Source: an uncultured Caldisericales bacterium
Lineage (GTDB): Bacteria > Caldisericota > Caldisericia > JAAYUI01
Reading direction: 5' to 3'
Length of the DNA stretch: 64,000 nucleotides
NCBI GenBank assembly: GCA_964639885.1
Contig: CAZXEH010000001.1
Location: forward strand, 36,893 to 100,892
Under the pieces are notes generated by a model, which ran no database searches, was not told the DNA's origin, and worked only from the letters and a program-made list of their open reading frames with translations. Both the position numbers and the translations under genes were made by a program. Positions 39,301 to 48,259 of the stretch are shown piece after piece. The first letter of the stretch is position 1, and every line of letters starts with the position of its first letter.

Positions 39301-40950
39301 GATCCCGTTTCGTCACAATCTGGTGCTTGGTATTCGCCAGGTGATATTAATGGATTATTACCAACATGGACTGGTCCGACAACTGTTACGAATTATAACT
39401 GCGCAGCAAGACCAACCGATTTCCCTAACCCCTATTTCTATTGGTCACGACCAATAGATAACAACGTTGCCAATTTCACAAATTATTGGGGTGGTTCACA
39501 ATCCTGCAAACAATTCAGCTCTGCATGGTTCTGGAACAATAATTTTACGACCGTTGCCAACAAGACTGCGATCGTCTGGGAAAACGGTTCATGGTGGGAT
39601 GTTGTAAACTCTGACTATTCAGGAGCCGTTCACAACACCAACAGGACATACCTTGCAGGTGATGACACCTCTATTACTGTCAGACCGTATATGGTCTGTT
39701 CAAATGCAACAGCAGGTGCAGCAGGATACGCTGATGGTTTTGGCCCATGTGTCGCGACCTGGCGAGGCAATCAAACGAATAATAACTGTCAGGCACCAGT
39801 CGGTACAGATTACTGGGCAAGATCAGATGAACGTGGACACCTTCAGGCAATCATCCTTCAGGTTCCAATCGTCCCGTCACTTGAGATCACAAAGACAGGC
39901 GTGCCAGACCCAGTTCTTCCTGGCAACCTCCTCACCTACACAATCACCGTCAGAAACTCAACCCCATACAGAAGCAATGGCGTTCACGTAATCGAAACCT
40001 ATCCGGCAGGAGTCCAGTTCTACGATGCAAACCCACCGGCAGACATCAACAACAATGAGTGGACAACATCAATCGGTACAAACGGCGATGGCTCACTCAA
40101 TCCGAACGAAGAGGCAATCATAGTTGTCAGACTCAAAGTCGGCAAACTCGCCAAAGGTACAAAGCTTACAAACCTTGTAATGGCCTACTCAGAAACCTCA
40201 CCTGCACCGGTTTACGCAGAAGAGACCAACACAGTCCTTGGCGAACCAAAACTGACAATCACAAAATACACAAAGCGTTTCATGGCTCTCCAGGGCGAAA
40301 AGGTCAAATTCTACATCACAGTCAAAAACGTTGGCGATCGTGAAGCAACTGGCGTCTCAATCTTTGACCTTCTTCCACGTGAGTTCATGTATGACTCATC
40401 ACTTCCATCAGGATCAGTCGGCCTCCAGAAGATTTACTGGGCAGTCGGCACACTCAATCCAACAGAAAGCTACACAATCGAACTCATCCTCAAGGTCAGG
40501 GATGACATCACGATCAACCCGGGCACAACCCTCACAAACACAGCCTTTGCGACAAGCCTTGAAGACCTCTTTGTCCAAGACACAGCAGTTCTCATGGTCA
40601 GAGCCGGTGGCAAGGAACCGATCGTCTGCGCAAAACCAGACGTCAGCCTCATTGTCGAAGGCCTCAAGCCAGTCCAGGAAAAAGACGGACTCTACTGGAT
40701 GTTCAAGTCAGGCCAGGAATACAAGATCAGCGTAAAGGTCTATGACAACGGCGGATGCAGCCCATACGAACTCAAAGTCAACTGGGGCGACGGCTCACCA
40801 GAAGAACTCTACACAATGAGAGACGGCGATTCGGTAATGCTCAAGGATCTCAAACCGCACTCATTCACATCAGGCGAAAAGATTTCGATCAGCCTCAAGA
40901 ACCGATACGACGGCCAGTACGAATCAATCTTCAAGTACAAAATCCAGTAA
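36331..40950 (+). CDS. giant secreted surface protein (1539 aa): HExxH metalloprotease-like motif, two DUF11 repeats, C-terminal PKD-like domain
   Basis: Signal peptide (MKKIAFLIAIVLCMQMFAIPAFA). HEMIH at TLTHEMIHAYYDD. DUF11-like repeats (LEITKTGVPDPVLPGNLLTYTITVRNS...; LTITKYTKRFMALQGEKVKFYITVKNVGD...). C-terminal VNWGDGS. Gly/Tyr/Asn/Trp-rich central region. Confidence 0.7.
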   Translation: MKKIAFLIAIVLCMQMFAIPAFATSNSTVTPDDDYKPASIILDVTQWASRTTSYWTDPQFLTESRQVVGSMIRNMGFDRLAKENPGSVMLPVVYHSINGKVQVSPPPKNISLSSKGLNPFSTKSVTALPSGTITWDFVGSCTSGAPLSGPLFDCATEMPYINDFITPTGSGFWTSGMNNCIRDVFGSPFYTIKVQFVRDDALPTGVAGQYWSSGGTGIGKIHIPTAIAAPPNNALWGATVGEYMLNTLTHEMIHAYYDDMNLYYHAWSEGLTECQAVLARKLFCQRNSYNPSTFVTLTWGIPPYVAQYELFNQEGLPGAQGLFYTNVSGERIISMMTPRYGMAAAYWWKIYRETIPVNSGTIDTGVPATYGNQAFFSNFNGMLFDTWSTYAGSFSAYMRDWNLHNTLVANTLVNDKGNSNVESKDFASTWFGLQEIIQIRTKTILHLYFPYGPITPMGGLTSPAGTQNQICDNGSYFGGFSGPGYLVGGGNAPCLYTTQPGGFEVPANGTATITVTSMHASGLTVGQNVTNRVGYRPAYSGAAPGAWVTIPALTFSSGADGRYPQYNTASFVNPAGFYFGWTGGPGGALPIGAYMLQVDAVSGASTAQQFCYFASGYQNQYYNSGVIIGSGTQTGDVMAVNLNGSAWVNLPGVTPPWGAPPRAAFQGNYNGASYANGGMIGYRFRANGAAYYDYDYANGGMYYYVKNFVTSFNRLTHTLPPYVGRYGFAVISQSTDFLGAADPTGDNHAALTYYEKFCSESSQPSTAGLSRLVYRPDYIPDGSRVIACFLYANTVGRNNGGVYEERPLRVRTGTDANWHDVYGLFLGRDDEPLRNSTGSCACGGWAPYQSTFRFDLTPYITGCYDTIRINNLYQAYEPNGQQLFYGFEMVLVYENPTLEYSQIMIADGALRICANERTQDATTFTGFRTPPTPATWPRDKSRASAYMAILGNSADNGSGGAGRVNNEWDFWAVGSDKYTMDRIWINPEPADPVSSQSGAWYSPGDINGLLPTWTGPTTVTNYNCAARPTDFPNPYFYWSRPIDNNVANFTNYWGGSQSCKQFSSAWFWNNNFTTVANKTAIVWENGSWWDVVNSDYSGAVHNTNRTYLAGDDTSITVRPYMVCSNATAGAAGYADGFGPCVATWRGNQTNNNCQAPVGTDYWARSDERGHLQAIILQVPIVPSLEITKTGVPDPVLPGNLLTYTITVRNSTPYRSNGVHVIETYPAGVQFYDANPPADINNNEWTTSIGTNGDGSLNPNEEAIIVVRLKVGKLAKGTKLTNLVMAYSETSPAPVYAEETNTVLGEPKLTITKYTKRFMALQGEKVKFYITVKNVGDREATGVSIFDLLPREFMYDSSLPSGSVGLQKIYWAVGTLNPTESYTIELILKVRDDITINPGTTLTNTAFATSLEDLFVQDTAVLMVRAGGKEPIVCAKPDVSLIVEGLKPVQEKDGLYWMFKSGQEYKISVKVYDNGGCSPYELKVNWGDGSPEELYTMRDGDSVMLKDLKPHSFTSGEKISISLKNRYDGQYESIFKYKIQ

Positions 40951-40965
40951 GGTTCAACCATCACA

Positions 40966-40998
40966 AAAGACCCCCGTTAACCGGGGGTCTTTTTCTTT
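40966..40998 (+). terminator. Rho-independent terminator
   Basis: GACCCCCG-gttaa-CGGGGGTC hairpin followed by TTTTTCTTTTT. Confidence 0.7.
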
Positions 40999-41025
40999 TT
41001 AACCGATATATGTTAGCATTCAGCC

Positions 41026-42609
41026 ATGAGGACGGTTGGGATTTGGGCAATTCTGTTTTGCCTTCTGATTTCGGGTTCCGGTGTAGCAGGGGAGCTTTGC
41101 AATTGGCCAATGTTTCGGGGTGACAAGGCAAGGTCTGGCGTTTGCCAGTCCGAGTGCATGCCCAAAACCAACGATTTGTTGTGGACTTGTCAAACTCAGG
41201 GAGCCGTCGAGAGTTCGCCTGCAATTGTCGATGGAAAAGCCTACGTTGGTTCATTTGATGGCCATCTTTACTGCATTAATCTGGAAACAGGGAAACCTGA
41301 CTGGAAGTATCAGGCAACCGGTGGCGTGAAATCCTCTCCTTGTGTAGATGCTGAGAAGGTCTATTTCGGATCAACGAACCAAACAAACGGCAAGGGCGGT
41401 TTTTACTGTCTGAACACGAAAAGTGGGGACTTGATCTGGAAGCTGGATTTGCCATTAAAAGTTGACTCGTCGCCTCTGGTTGTTGGTGACAAAGTCGTTT
41501 TTGGCTGTGGTGATGACAACCTTTACGGCGCAAACAAAGAGAATGGCGATATTGTCTGGACTTGTCAGACGGAAGGTGCGATTGATTCAAGTCCTTCGTA
41601 TGATGGTGGCAGGATTTATGTTGGAAGCACCGATAACAATCTCTACTGTGTTGACGAAAATGATGGCTCAGTGCTCTGGAGCTTCAAAACTTTGGATGAC
41701 ATCGTTTCAACGCCTGCCATAATCAACGATTTGGTGTGTTTCGGGTCGATGGATAAAAGGGTTTATGCACTCGACAAGGTTTCAGGAAAGCTCAGATGGA
41801 AGTATGAAACCAAAGGATTTGTTGAATCCTCACCGGCGTTTGTCAACGGCAACATCGTGATTGGGTGTGACGACTACAGCCTTTATTGCCTGGATTCCGC
41901 CACTGGCAAACTCGAGTGGAGATTTTCGACCACAGAAGACAAGATAGTTTCATCCCCTACCGTTGTTGGTGATTATATACTTGTAGGAACCTGAGACTCT
42001 AACCTCTACTGCCTGGATGGCGGTACCGGCAAAATGCTTTGGAAGCACCACACAAACGGAGTGGTCAGGTCGTCGCCTGCTGTTGGCAATGGCAGGATTG
42101 TGTTTGGGTCGTACGATAATGTTGTTTATTGTTTAGGCGAGAAATCGATCGAAAATCCTACACCGCCCACGCCGGAACCGCCAAAACCCGAGCCTCCAAA
42201 ACCGCCGGAGAAAAAGACTATGAAGCTTGAATTCTGGCTGGATCGGAAAACATACACAGTTGACGGTGTGACCAAAGAGATGTCGGTCAAACCTTTTGTT
42301 TTCAAGGGTTCAACGATGCTGCCGGCAAGATATCTGGTCGAAGGCATTGGCGGAACCGCAACCTGGCTACAAGAGCAGAAAATGGTTGAGTGCAGGACTG
42401 ACAGGCATACGCTCAGGATGTGGGTTGGCAAAGGCACGGCTGAGCTTGATGGTGTTGAGGTAGCAATTGGCAAGGACGCTTCTGTCAATCCTCAGATTGT
42501 TGACGGTCGCGTGTTTGTTCCGTTCCGTTTCCTCGGCGAGTCGCTTGGATGTGTTGTCGAGTGGGATGCTGGTGAGAAAAGGATGAGTCTTGTTTATCAA
42601 TCGGAATAA
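41026..42609 (+). pseudogene. PQQ-repeat beta-propeller (BamB-like) + Pro-rich linker + copper-amine-oxidase-N-like stalk domain, interrupted by an in-frame TGA at 41992–41994
   Basis: Seven or more PQQ-type repeats (G.[FT]D..LYC[LIV][DN]..[TS]G...W). ORFs 41026..41994 and 42034..42609 are in the same frame. The TGA falls inside the repeat VGT*DSNLYCLD. PTPPTPEPPKPEPPKPP linker. C-terminal MLPARYLVEGIGG...VPFRFLGESLGCVVEWDAGEKRMSL module. Confidence 0.6.
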
Positions 42610-43661
42610 TTATACTTTTTTTTCATGAAATCATGAACTTCATATGAATATTCTAATTCTTTATAAACGTTATCTATATCTTGTTCTTTTAATTTGTCAA
42701 AACTTAAGTGGCTTAAGTATTCTGGCGCTGAATCAGACCCAAAAAGAGCTTTCCAGATATCTAATGTGTATTGGCATAAATCAAATAACAATTCCTCAGC
42801 AATTATTAGCCACTCATTGCTTTTCTTATAAAGGAAATCATTATTAGACGATATGTCAAAATGACTTATTTTATGTCTACTTTCAATATTTTTATCTAAT
42901 CGGTGATACTTTTGCTTAAAAATCGACCAATCCTTGTTAAAATTAGTTAAATCAAAATTATTAATGATTAGAAAACCTTTTTTGAAAATATCGTGACTAG
43001 ATTTATCGTTAGGATATAATTCTTTATATTTATTGATATGTTTATTAAATTCTTTTATGCTATTACTCATTTTCGCATTGATGTTTGTGTCATTAATCAT
43101 TGATTCTAGAAAACAATTTGTGAAGTTTAAAATGCTGAGAATTGACTGAATAGCATAATTTGCACAAAAGGTATTTGCGTTTGTTTTATAAAGTATTTCC
43201 TTTGTTGGCGAAGAAAAATTAGGCATTATATTTTCATAATACTGTCGATAATAAAAGGCTTTAAGGTATAACATTATTGAAAAGTGGAGAAAAATGTTTT
43301 CCTCATTTAATATACTTACATTACCCTTAAAAATTGATATATGCGACCTTTTTGGTAAATCTTTAGGTATATAGCGACAATTAATAACATCAACATAAAT
43401 TAATAATTCTGAAAGTTGAAATCCCTTTATCTGAGACGAAGTTTTTAATAAACTTGCTTTATCTTCTAAATAATATGCTAAATCATGAAGAGTTTTGTTT
43501 GGATTTATAGGCAAGAATTTTTTTGCTTTTTCTAGCAGTAACAAGTGTAAATCTTGAGGAAGACTTATTGACTTTTCTGAATAAATCCTGATTCTGTCTA
43601 GTTCATTATTTAATAAACAATAAAAAGAAATATAAATAAGCTCCTGCTGAAGTATATCCAT
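42597..43661 (-). CDS. hypothetical protein, AT-rich orphan (354 aa) with Rx4H (HEPN-like) motif
   Basis: Strong compositional contrast (about 25 %GC by eye). Lys/Asn/Ile-rich. The motif ESRHKISHFD contains R-x4-H. No secretion signal. Confidence 0.45.
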   Translation of the reverse strand: MDILQQELIYISFYCLLNNELDRIRIYSEKSISLPQDLHLLLLEKAKKFLPINPNKTLHDLAYYLEDKASLLKTSSQIKGFQLSELLIYVDVINCRYIPKDLPKRSHISIFKGNVSILNEENIFLHFSIMLYLKAFYYRQYYENIMPNFSSPTKEILYKTNANTFCANYAIQSILSILNFTNCFLESMINDTNINAKMSNSIKEFNKHINKYKELYPNDKSSHDIFKKGFLIINNFDLTNFNKDWSIFKQKYHRLDKNIESRHKISHFDISSNNDFLYKKSNEWLIIAEELLFDLCQYTLDIWKALFGSDSAPEYLSHLSFDKLKEQDIDNVYKELEYSYEVHDFMKKKYNYSD

Positions 43662-43707
43662 AGTTTCATTCTATATTTCTGTTTAAAAATGTAAATATAA
43701 CCCCCTC

Positions 43708-43737
43708 GATGTATGTTGCGAGGGGGTTATAAACGAA
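43708..43737 (-). terminator. Rho-independent terminator downstream of hbd
   Basis: AACCCCCTCG-atgtatgttg-CGAGGGGGTT, a 10-bp stem, followed on the − strand by a T-rich tract. Confidence 0.55.
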
Positions 43738-43770
43738 TGAAAATTGTTACCAAGCTTTAGCCGGTTTGGG

Positions 43771-44631
43771 CTATTTTGCTTCCCTATAATCGTAGAACCC
43801 GACACCGTTCTTCCTGCCAAGCAGTCCTGCAGCCACCATCTTGCGAAGGAGAGGGCACGGTCTGTACTTGGAATCGCCGAGGCCTTCATGGAGCACTTCC
43901 ATGATGGCAAGGCAGGTGTCAAGTCCGATCAGGTCGGCGAGGGCGAGTGGGCCCATCGGGTGGTTCATGCCAAGCTTCATGACTGTGTCAATGTTTTCCT
44001 TGGTCGCAACACCTTCCATGAGGCAATAAACGGCTTCGTTGATCATCGGCATGAGGATTCGGTTGCTGACAAAACCCGGGAAATCGTTTGCAACTGCCGG
44101 CGTCTTTCCGAGTTTTTTCGAAAGATCGTCGATGATTGTGTAAACTTCGTCGGTTGTCAGCATTCCACGGATGATTTCGACAAGCTGCATCAATGGAACC
44201 GGGTTCATGAAGTGCATTCCGATGAAGCGTTCCGGTTTTTTGTACTTTGCCGCAAGCTCAGTGATCGAGATGGTTGAGGTGTTTGAGGCGAGAATGGCTG
44301 TTTCGGCCAGTATTCCGTTGAGCTTTTCGTAGATTGCGTACTTGAGCTGCCTGTTCTCGGAAACGGCTTCAATGACCAGTTCACAGCCGGCAAGGTCGGA
44401 AAGGCTCTCTGAAATCTTGATGTTTCCAAGGGTCGAGTCGACTTCAGCCTGGGTGATCTTTTCCTTTGAAAGCAGCCTTTCAAGGTTCTTTTTGATGATG
44501 CCTTTTGCTTTTTCTGCCAACGTCAGGTTTGCTTCACAAATTGTCACATCATAACCCTTGTTTGCAAAAACGTGGGCGATTCCGTTGCCCATGACTCCGC
44601 CGCCGATGACTCCAACTTTCTTAATCTCCAT
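43771..44631 (-). CDS. hbd: 3-hydroxybutyryl-CoA dehydrogenase
   Basis: 3HCDH N-terminal GxGxxG ([14 protein letters not shown]) and C-terminal domain. 286 aa. Confidence 0.9.
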   Translation of the reverse strand: MEIKKVGVIGGGVMGNGIAHVFANKGYDVTICEANLTLAEKAKGIIKKNLERLLSKEKITQAEVDSTLGNIKISESLSDLAGCELVIEAVSENRQLKYAIYEKLNGILAETAILASNTSTISITELAAKYKKPERFIGMHFMNPVPLMQLVEIIRGMLTTDEVYTIIDDLSKKLGKTPAVANDFPGFVSNRILMPMINEAVYCLMEGVATKENIDTVMKLGMNHPMGPLALADLIGLDTCLAIMEVLHEGLGDSKYRPCPLLRKMVAAGLLGRKNGVGFYDYREAK

Positions 44632-44645
44632 TTGCCTCTCCTTTA

Positions 44646-45821
44646 TCAGACGAGTTCAACAGCCATTGCAACCGCGCCACCGCCACCGAGGCAAAGCGTC
44701 ACGAGTCCGCGTTTTCCACCTGTGCGCTTGAGGTTGCCGATGAGTGTGGCAAGGCATCTTGCGCCTGATGCACCGATTGGGTGTCCGAGAGCAATCGCTC
44801 CGCCTGCCATGTTGACCTTGTTCCAGTCCCAGCCGAGGTGCTTGCCGTTGACAAACGCCTGGACCGCGAAGGCTTCGTTGGCTTCAATTGCGTCAAAGTC
44901 TGAAATCTTCCAGCCGTTTTTGTCCATGAGCTTTCTGACGGCGTGAATCGGCGCCCAGAAGAGCTTCTTTGGTTCAACGTGTGCGGATGCGAAATCGAGC
45001 ACGGCTGCAACCGGCTTGTAGTTCTTTGCTGCCTTTTCGGAAGCCACAACCACTGCCGAAGCGCCATCGGAGAGTCCAGGTGCGTTTCCGGCTGTCACGA
45101 TTCCGTCCTTGTCGAAGGCCGGTCTGAGCTTTGTAAGCGATTCCATTGTTGTCGGTCTCGGAGTTTCGTCCTTGTCAAAGATGATTGGGTCTTTCTTTGG
45201 AACCTCGATCTTTATTGGCACTGTTTCGTCAACGAACCAGCCGTTTGCAAGAGCCTTTGCAGCCTTGTCCTGTGAGTTGAAAGCGAGGTTGTCGACATCT
45301 TCACGAGTGACTCCCTCTTCCTTGCCGGTGTATTCGGCGAGATTGCCCATGTGTGAGTTGTTGAATGCGCACCAGAGGCCATCCTTTACCACGCCGTCTA
45401 TGAGGGCTCCGTCGCCATAACGATAGCCTTTGTGCCTTGCTGCATCGAGAAGGTACGGTCCATTGGTCATCGATTCCATGCCACCGGCCACTACGATGTC
45501 AGCATCTCCAAGCTGTGTTGCCTGTGTGCCAAGCATGACGGCTTTGAGTCCTGAGCCGCAGACTTTGTTGATCGTGAGAGCGTTTGTTTCAGGAGCGACA
45601 CCTGCCTTGATGAGAGCCTGTCTTGCCGGGTTCTGGCCACAGCCTGCGCCGACAACAAGACCCATAACAACTTCATCAACCTTGTCAAAACCAACATTTG
45701 CCTTTTCGAGTGCACCTTTTATGGCCACTGCACCAAGATCCATCGCTGTAAACGGCTGGAGTGTTCCCAAAAATTTTCCGATCGGCGTTCTGACGGCCGA
45801 CAAAATGTAACTTCTTGCCAT
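44646..45821 (-). CDS. acetyl-CoA C-acetyltransferase (thiolase II)
   Basis: Thiolase active-site regions ([12 protein letters not shown]; [13 protein letters not shown]; [13 protein letters not shown]). GGAGG RBS. Confidence 0.9.
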   Translation of the reverse strand: MARSYILSAVRTPIGKFLGTLQPFTAMDLGAVAIKGALEKANVGFDKVDEVVMGLVVGAGCGQNPARQALIKAGVAPETNALTINKVCGSGLKAVMLGTQATQLGDADIVVAGGMESMTNGPYLLDAARHKGYRYGDGALIDGVVKDGLWCAFNNSHMGNLAEYTGKEEGVTREDVDNLAFNSQDKAAKALANGWFVDETVPIKIEVPKKDPIIFDKDETPRPTTMESLTKLRPAFDKDGIVTAGNAPGLSDGASAVVVASEKAAKNYKPVAAVLDFASAHVEPKKLFWAPIHAVRKLMDKNGWKISDFDAIEANEAFAVQAFVNGKHLGWDWNKVNMAGGAIALGHPIGASGARCLATLIGNLKRTGGKRGLVTLCLGGGGAVAMAVELV

Positions 45822-45870
45822 AACTCCTCCTTATGAATTTAGATAATTTTACAACATACTAAGTTACTTG

Positions 45871-45898
45871 TTGACCCAGTTAAATTCAAGCCTATACT
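45871..45898 (+). promoter_or_regulatory. putative sigma70 promoter for the ccm operon
   Basis: TTGACC, a 16-nt spacer, then TATACT. The predicted TSS is about at the first in-frame start of ccmA. Confidence 0.4.
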
Positions 45899-45905
45899 GG
45901 CTTGT

Positions 45906-46481
45906 GTGCAAATATCGGGAATGAATCTGGGACTTGCTTTTGGCAGGGCGAAGGTGTTTGAAAACCTCAGCTTCAGGGCTGACGGTGGAACATGGCTTGT
46001 CAAAGGTGCAAACGGTTCAGGGAAAACCTCGCTTTGCAGGATTATTGCCGGATTGATGAGACCGACAAAAGGCGAGTTTTCTTGGTTCGATGGCAAAAGC
46101 CTTGAAAGGCACGACCTCGTTGGCAGGATAGGATTTGCCACTCCAGAAATGGGTCTTTTTGAGGATCAGACTGTAAATTCAAACATAAAGCTCTTTGAAA
46201 CGCTTGCCAATGCAAAGCTGGATGATTCATTCGGGGTATCAAGGCATGGCGGGAAGCTCCTTGGCGAGCTTTCAAGCGGATGGAAGCAAAGATTGAAGCT
46301 GCTTGTTGCCTTCCTGGGAGATCCCGAACTTCTTGTGCTTGATGAACCAGAGCAGCATCTGGATGATGAGGGGATTTCGATTCTTACTGATTTGATTGCC
46401 AGAAGGGACAAACTGACAATTGTCTCCACAAACAACCCGTGGATGAAACTTGAGACTTTGGTTGATCTGGGGTCAAAGTGA
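45906..46481 (+). CDS. ccmA: heme exporter ABC ATPase CcmA
   Basis: Walker A (GANGSGKTSLCRI). Signature/Walker B region (LSSGWKQRLKLLVAFLGDPELLVLDEP). Start is ambiguous: GTG 45906 or ATG 45921. Confidence 0.75.
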   Translation: MQISGMNLGLAFGRAKVFENLSFRADGGTWLVKGANGSGKTSLCRIIAGLMRPTKGEFSWFDGKSLERHDLVGRIGFATPEMGLFEDQTVNSNIKLFETLANAKLDDSFGVSRHGGKLLGELSSGWKQRLKLLVAFLGDPELLVLDEPEQHLDDEGISILTDLIARRDKLTIVSTNNPWMKLETLVDLGSK

Positions 46482-47128
46482 AGACATTTGCAGCGCTTTT
46501 CAAACTCGAAACTGGAACTGCCTTCAGATCAAAACAGATGCTTGGGCTGGGTTTGTCTCTGGCGCTGGCTTTCTCGATTGCTGTTGCCTTTCCGCTCTCC
46601 TCTGAGCAGCTTTCTCCAAAAATAGCCTCGGCCTTGATTTGGATGATCATGTTCTTCTCTTCCTCGGATCAGGCTTACAGGACTTTTTTAAGGGATGAGG
46701 AGCGTGGAACGGCGGATCAGCTAAGGTTGCGGGTAAGCTCAGGCACGGTTTTTCTGGCAAAGGTCGCCTCCAACGCCCTGATGCTTGCTGTTATCGGTTT
46801 TGCTTCATCGCTGATCCTTTCTGTCTGGCTGAAGGTTGAAGTTTCAAGGATACCGGCTGTCACTCTCTCCGTTGTGGGAGGTTCGGTTGCGCTTGCCATC
46901 TCCCAGGGAGCGGTTGGGTTTCTGCTTGGGTTTGGCAAAGGCGGTGGCTCGTTTTATCCGCTTGTGGTCATGCCTGTTGTTCTGCCATCACTTGTTTCTT
47001 TAATCGTCATAACCTCGACGTGTATTGAAGGGGTCGTCGTTTCGCTTAATCTTGTTATCGTGGTGTGCGCATTGTCGCTGGCCATTTTGACGGCTGGAAT
47101 CACACTGCTGCCACACATTGAGGTATAG
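46478..47128 (+). CDS. ccmB: heme exporter permease CcmB
   Basis: About 216 aa with six hydrophobic segments. Position is between ccmA and ccmC. Overlapping start. Confidence 0.7.
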   Translation: MKTFAALFKLETGTAFRSKQMLGLGLSLALAFSIAVAFPLSSEQLSPKIASALIWMIMFFSSSDQAYRTFLRDEERGTADQLRLRVSSGTVFLAKVASNALMLAVIGFASSLILSVWLKVEVSRIPAVTLSVVGGSVALAISQGAVGFLLGFGKGGGSFYPLVVMPVVLPSLVSLIVITSTCIEGVVVSLNLVIVVCALSLAILTAGITLLPHIEV

Positions 47129-47746
47129 ATGATATACGCTTCGATTGCCATTTTGATACCATCGATTGCATACTGCCTTTTCTATGCACCTGCGGAAGCA
47201 ACGCTGGGCGAGGTTTACAGGTCAATCTTCTTCCACATCCCGTGTTCGTGGGGGGCGGTGCTGGCGTTTCTGGTTTCGCTGGTTTTCTCAATTCTTGTGC
47301 TCATAAGGAGAAAGCCTGAGCATGACTTTTACGCTCACAGGTCTGCTGAGATCGGGCTCCTGTTTGCTCTGCTTGCAACAATCACCGGCTCAATCTATGC
47401 CGGTGCGACATGGGGCAGTTACTGGAACTGGGATCCGCGAGAGGTTTCGATTGTTTTCCTCATTCTTATCTATCTGGCTTACCTTGGCATCAGATCTGCG
47501 GTTTCAAATCCGATCAAACGTGCAAGAATAGCTGCCGGATACAATATTATCGCCACCATCACCATGCCGTTTCTGGTTTTCATCTACCCGAGGATCATGC
47601 CTTCGCTGCACCCTGAAACTGTAGGCGGTCTGGGACTTCCAAAAACAATGTATTTTGGGCTTCTGGGCATGGTTGCCGGCATCACTCTGCTTTACATCTC
47701 GATGCTCAAAATGGCCGTCAGAATCGACAAGGAGGCAATATGCTGA
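47129..47746 (+). CDS. ccmC: heme exporter protein CcmC
   Basis: WWD domain (WGSYWNWDPRE). Confidence 0.85.
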   Translation: MIYASIAILIPSIAYCLFYAPAEATLGEVYRSIFFHIPCSWGAVLAFLVSLVFSILVLIRRKPEHDFYAHRSAEIGLLFALLATITGSIYAGATWGSYWNWDPREVSIVFLILIYLAYLGIRSAVSNPIKRARIAAGYNIIATITMPFLVFIYPRIMPSLHPETVGGLGLPKTMYFGLLGMVAGITLLYISMLKMAVRIDKEAIC

Positions 47747-47844
47747 CCGTGCTCATCGTTGCTGTCGTCATGCTTGCTGGAATATTGACATACTTCATCA
47801 TCCTGGACAGGCGACTGAAATCGCTTGAGAACCATGAAAAATAG
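47740..47844 (+). CDS. ccmD: heme exporter protein CcmD (34 aa)
   Basis: Small TM peptide (MLTVLIVAVVMLAGILTYFIILDRRLKSLENHEK). Overlaps the ccmC stop (ATGCTGA). GGAGG RBS. Confidence 0.5.
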   Translation: MLTVLIVAVVMLAGILTYFIILDRRLKSLENHEK

Positions 47845-48196
47845 GGCAACCCTCATTGGTCTCATCGTCGCAGCCATTTTGGCCGGGATCGCCATCTGGG
47901 CGTTCTCGTCGACAGTAGTTCCCTACACGCACGATTTTAATGAGGCTAAGTCCGGCAAATACATCCAGGTCTACGCAAAGATAGACAAAACATCAATTGA
48001 AACCGATACCTTCATGGTTACCGATGAAAAGGGTCTTGAGATGCAAATCCTTGCCCTTAAGGGGATTCCGCAGAACCTGACACAAGCTCAATATTGCGTT
48101 GCACTCGGACGGTTCAATAAGGGGAAAAACATGTTCGAGGCTGAATCGATCCTCGTAAAGTGCCCGTCAAAATATGAGGAGCAGAATACCCCCTGA
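47834..48196 (+). CDS. ccmE: cytochrome c-type biogenesis heme chaperone CcmE
   Basis: N-terminal TM anchor plus the CcmE OB-fold region. Position in operon. Confidence 0.75.
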   Translation: MKNRATLIGLIVAAILAGIAIWAFSSTVVPYTHDFNEAKSGKYIQVYAKIDKTSIETDTFMVTDEKGLEMQILALKGIPQNLTQAQYCVALGRFNKGKNMFEAESILVKCPSKYEEQNTP

Positions 48197-48259
48197 GGGC
48201 TTGAGAAATCGGCGCAATCTGCTAAAATTAGCAAACAACGTCAATTTCTGGAGTGTGAA

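Noticed and set aside
36331-40950. Dozens of 60–160-aa ORFs in alternative frames and on the antisense strand within the giant gene, and similarly inside cysS, dnaK, kbl and others.
   Set aside because: They fully overlap long, well-supported CDSs and are Ser/Arg/Pro-rich, as expected for out-of-frame translation of coding DNA. There is no RBS or conservation evidence.
41992-42040. Possible bacterial SECIS element downstream of the in-frame TGA, which would indicate selenocysteine.
   Set aside because: No convincing stem-loop with the expected spacing or apical loop was found; the only palindrome is a 6-bp GGTACC. The position is not a conserved Cys or redox site in the repeat.
42160-42215. 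Pro-rich PTPPTPEPPKPEPPKPPEKK segment, considered as a tandem-repeat element.
   Set aside because: It is a low-complexity interdomain linker encoded in frame within the PQQ/stalk-domain gene, not a DNA-level repeat array.
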